Source: Paraspadella gotoi
Taxonomy: Eukaryota > Animalia > Chaetognatha
Direction: 5' to 3'
Assembly: GCA_051294375.1 (NCBI GenBank)
Contig: CM119269.1
Location: forward strand, 17,992,410 to 18,056,409
DNA length: 64,000 nucleotides
Shown: positions 1-11,206 of the stretch, one piece after another
Numbering within the stretch: position 1 is the first letter of the stretch
Layout: the number at the start of each line of letters is the position of its first letter
The notes under the pieces: generated by a model
The model's input: only the letters and a program-made list of their open reading frames with translations
Told to the model about the DNA's origin: nothing
Databases searched by the model: none
Position numbers and translations under genes: made by a program

Positions 1-1589
1 TCTTCCTCTCTCTCTCTCTCTCTTCACCTCCTCCCACATTTTCGGATTTACGGATTCGGATCCATCGATCCGTCGGTCGTCCGCCCAGCAACGGGTCAAC
101 CGGAGGAAGAGGAAGAAGGAAAGGAAAGAAGGACGAACGACGACGACGACGACGACAACTAAAGACTCGACTCTTTCAAATTGTTACGCCCGATTAGTTA
201 AGGGAGCGTCGGTTCCGCGGCGTGGCGCTTAAACGAAGACGACCGTTCCGGCCGCGGGCGCCCTCGGAAAGAACGGCGTTCCTGCGCGAGAGTGAAGGAC
301 GGTTTTTCCCGGCGCCGGAGAGAGAAACGGCGTCACGGCGCGCGAGAATTACAAATTACCGGTGCAAATTTTGATGGTCCATCCGATTACTATACTAACA
401 TTTAGGTTCAAATGATTTCAGAAAGACCTGCCTTAATCTTAATAGATTTTGCTTAACGACAAAGAAGATGACGCCNNNNNNNNNNNNNNNNNNNNNNNNN
501 NNNNNNNNNNNNNNNNNNNNNNNNNNNNNNNNNNNNNNNNNNNNNNNNNNNNNNNNNNNNNNNNNNNNNNNNNNNNNNNNNNNNNNNNNNNNNNNNNNNN
601 NNNNNNNNNNNNNNNNNNNNNNNNNNNNNNNNNNNNNNNNNNNNNNNNNNNNNNNNNNNNNNNNNNNNNNNNNNNNNNNNNNNNNNNNNNNNNNNCTGAA
701 AAAGAAGGAATAAAAAGAAGGAAAAGTTGAGCGCGGATCTGAACAAAGGAAAGAAAAAAAAGAAAGGGAAAGGAAGCGAAACGATTCCCACAAAAGAATT
801 TTGAGATGAAAATCCAACGAGAGATTCGAAAAATGAGGAGAGATAAGAGAAGCCGAAATCCGATCGGTTCTTTCGTTGGTTGGTCAGTCGGCCTCGATTG
901 ATAAATTGATCACTACACTCGTAAATCGTTAATAATTACAATCTCAAAAAAAAACAAAAAAAAACAGTCGTTTGTTTCCAATTTTCAATAATCTATTTAA
1001 TTTTTTTCCCCTTGTCTGTCGAAAGTCAAGTTTAGTTATTTTCGTCGTCGTCGTCTTCAACGTTTTAGTTGCCGTGACGCTTGCCGTCTTCGCAGCTGAG
1101 CGCATGTCGTTTAATGAAACGAGTTAAGCGAAATGAAATACATATGTTATTTATTTGAGTGTGTTGTGTATGTATGTACGTATTGGTTCAGTTGTCTCTC
1201 TTTCTATCTATCAACCCCTCGGTCTGCTTGTCTGTCTGTCTGCAAGGCAGGCTGCCTCTCTGTTTGTTCGTCAGTCCCTCTGTCAGTCCATTTTCCCTTC
1301 CCACACTCACACTCATGCGTAAGCCCAGCGTACGAGCGACGCTTTTCATTCGCTATTATCGCTCGATTCGCACTCTTTTTTTCTTCTTTCTTTTTAAAAT
1401 TTTTTTCTCTCTTTAATTTTTTCCTTTTTGCCTTCCTTGATACTTACGTCTTGGAAAGACGGCATCATTGGATTTCGTTTGATATTTTAGATTTCAATAT
1501 TAATCTTTGACGAAGCAACGAAAGATCGAAAAGAAAAACAAACAAACATCCTTTGTGATGTTCTTTCCGCAAATTATAAACTTGTATAT

Positions 1590-2198
1590 TAAGGCGTAGT
1601 GTGAAAGTTACATACAAAAATTCTAAAAGTCAATTATGAACAACATACATCAGTGAACATTAATTTATAAAAAAATTAATTTTATGTTTTTTTAATTTTT
1701 GCAGTAGGCTATATTTATATATAGTACTATCCTTATAAAATCGAAAAATTTCAAAATAGGCTTTTCTTAATTTGATTGCAGATTTGAATTCCTCGTCAAA
1801 AGTTGATAAAAGAAAATATAAATCATTTTTAAAATTTTTTCATTAAGTGGGGTTAAAAATTAAAAAAACTATATTTAATATATAAAAAGTTAATTTTCAG
1901 CTTAAATATAGCTTTTTCTAATTTTTGACCCGCCTTAATGAAGGAATTTTTCAAAAAGAGTTATATTTCTTTTATCAACTTTTTATAACGAATCCAAATC
2001 TGCAAAAATATCTTAGAAAAAACTGTTTTGAAATTTTAACATTTATTGGTTTAGATACTAGTATAAATATGCCTACTGCGTAAATTTAAAAAATTATTAT
2101 AAATTTTTTCATTACATAAATGTTCATTAGTATAATATTGTTCGTTCTTCACTTTAGAATTTTAATTAAAGTTAAATTTAGAAATTTTACTACCCTTA
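1590..2198. mobile_element. Degenerate foldback MITE (PIF/Harbinger-like ends)
   Basis: Left and right halves are diverged reverse complements (gcagtagg/cctactgc, tgcagatttg/caaatctgca, aaagttgataaaaga/tcttttatcaacttt). Ends are taagg...cctta. AT-rich with no ORF. Confidence 0.6.
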
Positions 2199-2506
2199 TT
2201 GTATATTACGAGAAAAGACTCAGAATTCAGGACAATAAGTGGTTTCAATTTGTTTTGGTCGTCGTCGCCGTAATTGCCGAAGGTGAACCGCTATGCATAC
2301 GTACGTAGAGACTTAGCGTTCATTTACAGATCATAAGAAAGAAACGACAGTGAGTAACACCCGACGATCACGTGTCGTTAACGTGAGTATCACGTGACCT
2401 TTGAATCGCCGTCGGAGAATAAAGAAACCGTGTGATTGTTTTCGCCTCCGAGAGTGGCTCTTCCGAAATCCTCCCCCCGGGGAATCACGGCGGCAACTTT
2501 CTCACC

Positions 2507-2537
<31 letters not shown>

Positions 2538-2963
2538 CTCTCTCGCTTCTCTCACAGAAAGGTGTTTACGCCCTATGTCTCTCACTCTTTAGTCTCGTTC
2601 ACAATCGCTCTTAATTTTGTCAATTCCCTCCCCTTCTACTTCTTTCCTCTTCTCACTCTCCCATTTGCTTTCGTTTTCTCTCTTTCTTCCTCTTTGCTCT
2701 CAAGACTTAGCTTGTCCCCTTTACTTTCCTGCACATAAATTCTGGATCCATGCTTTTATTCTTTTCATTGATTTTCTTTTTTATATTATCTTCTCCCCAT
2801 TTCCTCATCTTCCTCCCCCACTTCCTCAATTCCTCCTCTCTCTCCTTCACTTTCCCTCCTTCTCTTCTTCTTTTCCCACGCATCAACTTTTTTTTTCGTT
2901 CAACTTCGATTTTTCGCGCGATTAAAGAACCGAGAGTCTTCACAGATTTCACGGTCGATGTCT

Positions 2964-3097
<134 letters not shown>

Positions 3098-3494
3098 GTC
3101 CAACAGAAGAAAGATTATTAAATATACTATGAAGAGAAGAGAGAGAGATTGACCCTCTTCGCTTCCGTTTTCCTTTTCACTTCTTTTCAATTCCCTTTTT
3201 TTTCGCTAAAAATCATTCATTCATTTTGGCCTGTCGTCGTCGTCGTCGTCGTCGTCAGTTTCATTGTTTCCCTCCCTTTTGTAGTGAAGGAAAAAAGTGA
3301 AACGTGGGAAAAATAATTCTAGTAGTTTCTTTCTTTTTCACTACTTTCCTTCTGTCTTTCTTTCTTCTTTATTTCTTTCTTTCTTTCTTAAAGAAGACGA
3401 AGACAAAGCCTAAGGCAAAAACAAAAACAACCAAAAACAAACACGATGGGTCTCTTTCTTAAACTGACTTTTTCCGACTATAAAAACTATCTTC

Positions 3495-3534
<40 letters not shown>

Positions 3535-3551
3535 GTCTTCTCTCTGTCTCT

Positions 3552-3605
<54 letters not shown>

Positions 3606-4001
3606 AAACCTTCCTTAACACCCCCCTCGAACCCATTCCCTACCCCCTCCTTTCAAATCGACCCCCAAGAGGCTATCGATGTTTCGCCCCTAGGGGGATG
3701 AAATGCAAGAGAGGGGGGGCGGCAGTGTTCCGGGATTCCGCGAGGAAATGAAAGATGATCATCTCGTTCGTTGTCTTGTTTATCGCGTACAATTGTGAAG
3801 AGTTGGTCCGTGTTGGTCGGCGGTCTTGTTGTGTAGTTGTTACTTGACCTCGTCGTGTCGTTGTTGTTGATGTTGTTGTTGTTTTTGTTCTTGTTGTTCT
3901 GGAAGTCCGCGTTTGTAAACTTTGGTTTTCGGGGTTGTTGTTATTGTTGTTGTTGGTCGTGGCGTCTATTCGTATTCGTGTTGAATCAGAGAACACGCGA
4001 T

Positions 4002-4105
<104 letters not shown>

Positions 4106-4700
4106 CCCCCCCAAAAAAAAAATCTGTGGAAATCATCGATTTTCTGAACTTCCCTCGACCGAACGAACTTACCTCGATCTAACTAACTTTACCCTCCTCC
4201 TCACTCGCGCCCCCTTCCCTCCCTTCTTCCTCCTCTTCCGCGTGTTCCCCATTTTCTCTCTCTTTTTTTNNNNNNNNNNNNNNNNNNNNNNNNNNNNNNN
4301 NNNNNNNNNNNNNNNNNNNNNNNNNNNNNNNNNNNNNNNNNNNNNNNNNNNNNNNNNNNNNNNNNNNNNNNNNNNNNNNNNNNNNNAATAAATAAATAAA
4401 TAAATAAATAAATTTTAGCAGCTCAAATGATTTGAACAATGACGATGACGACGACGAAGACGACGACGAATACAACGACGAAGACGACGACGAAGTCTTT
4501 GTACTTTGTGACCCGTAGTATCGCAGTGGTCAATGAGAATGACCTGTTCTTACTCGAACATAAACATAAACATAAACATAAACATATGCTGACCTTTTTC
4601 AGCCAATGTAAATACTAGTTGTTGTTGTTATTTTTATCGTTTTTGCTTTTTACTCAATAATCAAAACTCCTTTCGACATAAGATGCAATCAATGACTCAC

Positions 4701-4909
4701 CCTTTGCACTGAGTTGTCGCAGGTGATCGACCGTCATCTGCAGAATCTCCGCCTTTTCCAGCTTCGCGGATCCTTGCTTCTCGAAAGCGGCCGGTACCAG
4801 GCGCCGCAGCTCCATCAGGCTGGAGTTGATGCGGTCGCGGCGCCGTTTTTCGATGATGCCGCGCCGCTTTTTGCGGTTCGACTGTTCTCCGCAAGACTGA
4901 GAGGGAGAT
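4701..4909 (-). CDS. Hey: Hey/HES-related bHLH repressor, exon 2 (bHLH domain)
   Basis: Encodes [69 protein letters not shown]. The basic region has Gly (RRGIIEK), typical of Hey rather than the Pro of Hes. Acceptor cag at 4910-4912, donor gtgagt after 4701. The Orange-domain and YRPW exons were not found; they lie in gaps or left of the window. Confidence 0.93.
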
Positions 4910-5470
4910 CTGCGCAAGGGCGATGAAAAAGTGGAAAAATACGTTAATCTCATTTGCATATTGCAGTAATTAAAAAAACGATGATTATTAAAATGTTATT
5001 AAAGATGTGCCATAATAAACAGAAATCTCGCACTATGTTGTAAATAGACTCTGTATAATTTTCTTTATTTCTTAAGCACTTTAAAGTTTTTTTCAGCAAT
5101 TTAAATCTACAAAGAAATAAAAATAAGGAGCCAAGAACGAGACCTTGATTTTCCCGCAAAGGTTAATAAAAACTTGAAGGCCATCACTTATCATATATGG
5201 CAATTTTTGTATGGCAAATTTAGTAGGTCTAATATTGATATTAATAATATCAATGGACCTCGGAAATTATACAACGGGGAACCCTCAGATTGCGCGTGTA
5301 GCGTACTATCGTTTTGTCATACGACAAGGTTAACAGGGTGCAATGCTGGTTTAACCGATTTCCACAATTCCAAAAAAATATAGATTTAAAAAGAAGCCTT
5401 TCATTTTGTTGTTGGTTTAGATTTAGGTAAGACGAAAATTTTCGTGAAACAACAATTTAATTCAGCATTC

Positions 5471-5511
5471 AATGCTGATGAAGGCTCGAAACTGAACCGA
5501 AACATGTCCAA
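5471..5511 (+). ncRNA. Minimal type-I hammerhead ribozyme motif (Penelope-like)
   Basis: CTGATGA (5475-5481), then A, helix II GGCTC/GAACC with one mismatch, GAAAC, palindromic ACATGT helix III, and a GUC cleavage triplet (5506-5508). Confidence 0.65.
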
Positions 5512-5997
5512 TAGAGTGGAGCACTCAAGAACAAAAAAATTATTTGAATGATCGAACAAGGATATTTAAATGTGAGATAGTATGATTAACTAGTACAAAA
5601 AATATTTTGTTCATATTGTTTTGGGAACAGAATAGTAAAATATAATATATTTGTAGTGATATTCTTATAAAATAGTGAATTTAAAAAAAAAAATTTTTAA
5701 ACTTTTAATAAAGATTCAGATAATTCAGTTGAATCCAAAATATAAAACATGTTATCAAAAATTATGTCATCTTCAGTGTTTAAAACGGGAAAAAAGGTAA
5801 AAATTCATAACTTTTTTATTCTCTGTAGTAGAAACTTATATATTTTAAAACGTTTTAGTCATTTTTTGTGATCCAAACATTAAAATTTATAACATATTTT
5901 ATAAAAGTTTATTAGTTTTTAAAATTCATTAATTACATGTCCATAGGCAGCAAAAAAATAATGTTCAATCACTCAATCTTTTCATCACTCCACCCTA
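5512..5997. mobile_element. hAT-type MITE
   Basis: Termini TAGAGTGGAG / CTCCACCCTA, subterminal inverted match ttgaatgatcgaaca / tgttcaatcactcaa, and a perfect 8-bp target-site duplication ATGTCCAA (5504-5511 and 5998-6005). Confidence 0.8.
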
Positions 5998-6280
5998 ATG
6001 TCCAATTCTATCCAAATTAAATTGTTGTTTCACGAAAATTTTCGTCTTACCTCAAAGAAATATATAAACTTTCATTTTGTCTCGCGTGAACTAACCCGTC
6101 GACTGCTCTTTTTATCTATCTAAATATAACCTTACTTCTCAAAGTCCCCGCTATCAGTGACCCAGACAATATAATGTCCAACTCAAACCAACTCTTTCCC
6201 AAAAACCTCCTTAATCAACCCTGACCCGCGCCATTTGACACCATTCTCACCATCCAAAAAAAAAAGCCCCTTATACTTAC

Positions 6281-6390
6281 CCAGATCTCGGGTCGTCGAA
6301 GGCCGACCCTTCGTCGTCGGAATCGTCGAAAGACCTTTTCATCGTCGTCGTCGGGGTCGTCGTCGATGAGGCTTCCAAGAAATGGGACAT
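6281..6390 (-). CDS. Hey: Hey exon 1
   Basis: MSHFLEASSTTTPTTTMKRSFDDSDDEGSAFDDPRS(G) followed by donor GG|gtaagt. Phase 2 joins exon 2 in frame. The MKR + acidic start (ATG at 6342) resembles Hey N-termini; either ATG could be the start. Confidence 0.8.
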
Positions 6391-8069
6391 TCCAATTGGG
6401 TCGAGCCGAGCGGTGGGTGGGGGGGGGTTTAGTCGTGGCGCGGTGAGAATTGGGTGAGGTTAGAAGGGAGAAAGTTTTGGTTTGATTGTGAGAACCGAAA
6501 TGATCCGAACGGTTCGCAATTTCCAGTCGATTTTTTTTTTGTAAAGAAGTTTGTATTTTTTGTTAAATATTAGCAATTTTTTTAATTTTTTTTTTTAAAT
6601 CAGTTTTATTTGGTTCGTTTTTGTCTTAATACGGTTTATTTAAAAAAATATATATTATTCGCGATGCGAAATAAAGAGTTTCTGAGAGTTGAGAAAGAGT
6701 TTAGCAAAATCGAATTTGAAGCGAAAAGAGATTCGCGTAAAATGGAAGAGTCGTTTGTCGGCGAGGCGGTTTTAAGGCCGACATCCTCCTCCTCCTCCTC
6801 CTCCTCCTCCTCCTCCTCCTCAGTCTGCCGGACGAGGTCAGGGACGGATTCTCTGCTTTCTCGTTCCGCTTGTTCTTCTTCTTTTTTTCCCTTCCTCTTC
6901 CTCCTCTTCCCTCTTTTCTCATCCTCCTCTTTAGCTTTTATTGTTGTCGCCCTTCAAACGAGGATGGGCATGAATTCGGTCGTCGTCGTCGTCGTCGTCC
7001 CTGTAGTTGTCGTCGTCGTCGCCAGCGGAAAAGTCTCATGGTTTTGAATTGAGAGTTCCGGTGGGGGATTTGAAGTGAAGTACGTTTAGTTGATGTTCTC
7101 GCCGTCGTAAGTGACTAAAGGGTGAGTTTAAAGTGAGGAAGATCCAAAATAGATACAAGATTTTCATGGTGTTTATGGGAACTAACTTCGAGGCTCTGAG
7201 GTCTCCGTCGTCCATGTAATCATCGTCGTCGTCGTCGTCGCCATCGTCGTCGTCGCCTTTCACACTGAGCGGTCAAACATGAGCAAACCTTCGTCGTCAT
7301 CGAAAGCGACGCCCGACGCGGGTCCGGACGGCGTCGCCTCCGTTCTCGGCGCCGGATGAATGTCGAAATTAATTCGGAATCAAAAATTAAAAGGTTGTGG
7401 ATTGAAAATTAACGGGTGTCGTTGGGAGGAACCCTTGTCCCACATTATTTGGCGAGACAAACTTTTTTTATTAACTCTGTAGTTCAACGATTTTCCCAAT
7501 TTACGATCTCAATCGCTCACTCACTCACTCACTCACGTTGATCCATAAAAAATATTGATCAAAAACATAAATGACGATAAAGCATATTAGATTTTATTTT
7601 CCCAAAAAAAGTTTTTGTTTATGTACATTATTTTATCAGTTTTTCATTATCTTTAATAATTAAATAGCTTTCATTATTTTTAAACCTTATCTTATTCGAT
7701 ATCCTTCTCCTATTCAAATCGGCTATTACTATAAAGTCGCGAACAAAATATAAACAATATAAAATAATACAACATCAATTGAGAATTGGGTAGCAACAAG
7801 CCGGACAACCGCCAATAACAGGATCGGGGCTTTCGTTCTTCGATCCGGGAACGTCGGGGCCACTTTCGATAGGAAGTCGACGGAGTACGGTGCATCAGTT
7901 TCGATCGATTAGTCGCAGTCGATCCTCGTTGGTTGATTCGTTGCGGACGACGAATCGTTGCTGACTTCGTCGCGGACGTCGTTCGTCTTAATCGGAACGC
8001 GTCGTCGAGATCCCGAAGGCGTCGTTGACGTTGGGAGAAAGGATGGCCTCTTTTGTTTTGAGGGCTGTT

Positions 8070-8152
<83 letters not shown>

Positions 8153-8339
8153 ACAGGATATTATTACAGGTTTATATTAACCCCTGATCCAGTCTTATCT
8201 TCGAAGCAAAAAAAATGGAATTAAATGTCCCCAAAGATCCTAATTAAAACGCGTGTTTCTTTCATCTCATAGAAAACATTACACCCTCAGTAGATTAGCT
8301 CCACTTCCCTCGCGCTCGTTAATCTCCAACGCAATAGTC

Positions 8340-8575
8340 CGGTCACGAAGGGTCACGTGTTTCCGTCGAACGCGGTTTCACTCTTCGATTAAGCGCGCGC
8401 ACGCGTTTCCTTGACTCCCGCGCACGACGTCAAGGCCCCGCCCCTCGGTCTCCCATCGTCGTCACTTGACCCGCGCGCGTTCCTCGCGTCAAACGTCATC
8501 GCCTACTTCCGATTTTGGCTCACGAAGCGACGCACGGGGCGGAGGAAGTCACGTGACTTGTGTGCGCGCGAAGGT
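8340..8575. promoter_or_regulatory. CpG-rich promoter/enhancer-like island upstream of Hey
   Basis: Cluster of CACGTG and CACGCG boxes, a GGGCGG box, GGAAGT and the palindrome aagtcacgtgactt, about 2 kb upstream of the Hey ATG. Confidence 0.4.
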
Positions 8576-9888
8576 GGAAAGAAAATCGTTTGAGGACGCG
8601 ACTCGATTGGATTTATTTCTCGTTTGTGAAATTAGCGTGAGTGTTTATCCTTTGGGTGGAATGACTTTTGGTCTGTCTGGCTCGAAAAATAATCGGTACT
8701 GAACTGAAGTTATCAATTTTCTTTCCCTTCCTTTGCTTTTCTCTTTTTCCTTCTATCTTTTTTCCTTGCTACGTATTATGGAGTAGCTTTTTCATAACTT
8801 TTTATTACTTTTCTACTTATTTTTATTCGTCGATTCGAGAGAAAGTACGAATATTTTTTTAGGTCCGAATCCCACAAAGAAAATCTCCCACGGAAAGCGA
8901 CACAAGAATAAAACATCGACGTTGTCCCTTCGAGGACAACAATCACCAACTATTGAAAACAACAACGAATCTACAGATATCAAACAGACGACAGAGCCCG
9001 TGAGAAAAAAAAATTCGCGTGAGATTTTTACAAATATTTTCTGAGACGAGACAAAACAAAACGATAGAGAGAAAGAAAAGAAATTAAGAAACCCTTTCCT
9101 TATGGTTGCAAGGATAAACCAGAATTCTTTTACAGACAACTTCTTTTTCTTTGAGAAAAACGACTCACGGTTTCATTTGAGTTCAAATGGGCGAAAAAGG
9201 GTTTAGACTTTGGAGCACCTATGGTCGCCGAGAGAGGGTGTGAGTTGAAAGAAAAGAGGGTGCGATCGAAGAAGACGGAAGTACGAGGGTTTTTAACCTT
9301 ATAGTGGTTCTAGGAAATTTCCCTGTTTATGGGGACCGCCCTTATTCGACTCTCTCTCTCTCTCTCTCTCCCTCTCTCTTTCTCTTTCTTTCTCTCTCTC
9401 TTATCTTCATGTTTTTTTCCAAATAAAGAAAACCCTCTTTCCATGAGAATAATTTCAAGATTTTCTTTCAATTTAGCTTGGGGAAAAAAAATTTTAAAAA
9501 ACCAAAAATATAAAAATTCAAAAATTGAGAATAGGAAAGCAGATGCCAGATGTGAAGGAGGAAAAGAATTAAAATGAGGAATTTGAAGAGGAAAATAATG
9601 AAAAACTAGGAATGAAGAGGAATGAAGAGGTTTGTTGGGGAAAAAACTATTTCCATGAAAATTTAATAAAAACTTTTAATTTTGTAAAAAAAAAAAATTT
9701 TGGAGAAAAAGATAAAGAGAAAACGTTAAAATCAGTCCGAAAATATGGAGGAAAAAAGAATTTTTACCTAATTAATTTTTTTTTGTACGCAAATACTTTT
9801 ATCGTTACTTCATTTCATTTACCAATCGCCATTCACAATGACCTCGTCAATGATTGTCCGGCAAGTGCATTGCATTGTCTCCTATTGC

Positions 9889-10730
9889 TTCCCACACTCC
9901 AATTTCTTAAAAGCGATTATTCCTCGTCACCCTTTCCTCCGGACCTCCTAGCTTTCCCTCACGTCCCACCCCCGACAACCTTTACCATATTGCACCCTTC
10001 GCTCTCTCTCTGATCCCCTCCTCGCATCTCTCCCTCTCGCTCTCTCCCACCTCTCCCTCTCTCTCGCTCTCTCAGTTTCGCACGCGCCTTTGTCTCCGTC
10101 GTCGTGGTCGTCGTCGTCGGCTTCGTAATCATCGACTTTCGCGTGGGAAAAAAGATTCGTCCATTTGGAACCTGAGATTTAGAATTCAGATTTTAAATTG
10201 GGATTTAGATTTGAGATTTGGATCAAATAGAATAAAACTGAAACTAGAAATCTGCGTTTTTCTTGACCTACAATTGTAGTCGCCGTCGTCGTTGTCGCCA
10301 TTACCAATCTAATATGTAAGCCTACAGTATCTAAAAATATAAGTTTCTCCTGCGTTCTTTTCTGTCTATCTTGTGATTTTTATAAAAAAAATCGAAATCT
10401 TAAATACATTGTAATTTTATGTTTATAAAAAATGTCATCGTCGTCATCTTCGTCAACATCATTATTTTCGGCATCGATGAGTAGTTGTCTTACGTCGTGC
10501 ATCGTCGTCATCGTCGTCGTCACATCGTCATCGTCGTCTTCGTCAACATCATTATTTTCGGCATCGATGACGTCGTTGTGTCTGTCGTCGTCATCGTCGT
10601 CGTCATCGTCGTCATCGTCGTCGCTCTAGAAGATTCTTTATTTTAATCAGATGCCACCTGAGAAAAAAAAAATTGAGGGGGAAAATATTGATAGTTGAAA
10701 CGTGGAATGAGAGAGGGAGAGGCGTGGGAA
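9889..10730. promoter_or_regulatory. Su(H)/CSL site cluster upstream of Hey
   Basis: TTCCCACA at 9889-9896, CGTGGGAA at 10142-10149 and 10723-10730. All fit the YGTGRGAA consensus, and Hey genes are known direct Notch targets. Confidence 0.45.
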
Positions 10731-10741
10731 ACCAGGAATAT

Positions 10742-10863
<122 letters not shown>

Positions 10864-11115
10864 GACTTACCCTTTTGACTTTCGTCGCGCGTCGAAACAG
10901 AGTGGCTCGTTCCCACTCATACAATGAAATCATCATTTCGTGCTGAGAATAGTTGCGCTCTTTCTCTCTGACAGTTTCGGGGGATGTCTCTTGTCTCAGT
11001 CCTGCTCTCTCTCTCTTCTCTTTCTCTCCTCTCTCCTCTCTCTCTTTCTCTCTCTCTTTCTCTTCTCTCTCTTCTCTCCCTCTCCTCTCATCTCTCATTC
11101 CTCTTCGTCTCTCTT

Positions 11116-11206
<91 letters not shown>

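Larger units (their letters stand above)
5425..6052. mobile_element. Hammerhead-bearing hairpin element with 38-bp perfect inverted repeats, in Hey intron 1
   Basis: aggtaagacgaaaattttcgtgaaacaacaatttaatt (5425-5462) is the exact reverse complement of 6015-6052. The pair encloses a hammerhead motif and a nested MITE. Confidence 0.75.

Noticed and set aside
5465-5520. Apparent helix I extension cattc/gagtg for the 5475 hammerhead
   Set aside because: The gagtg half belongs to the inserted MITE terminus, so the pairing is coincidental.
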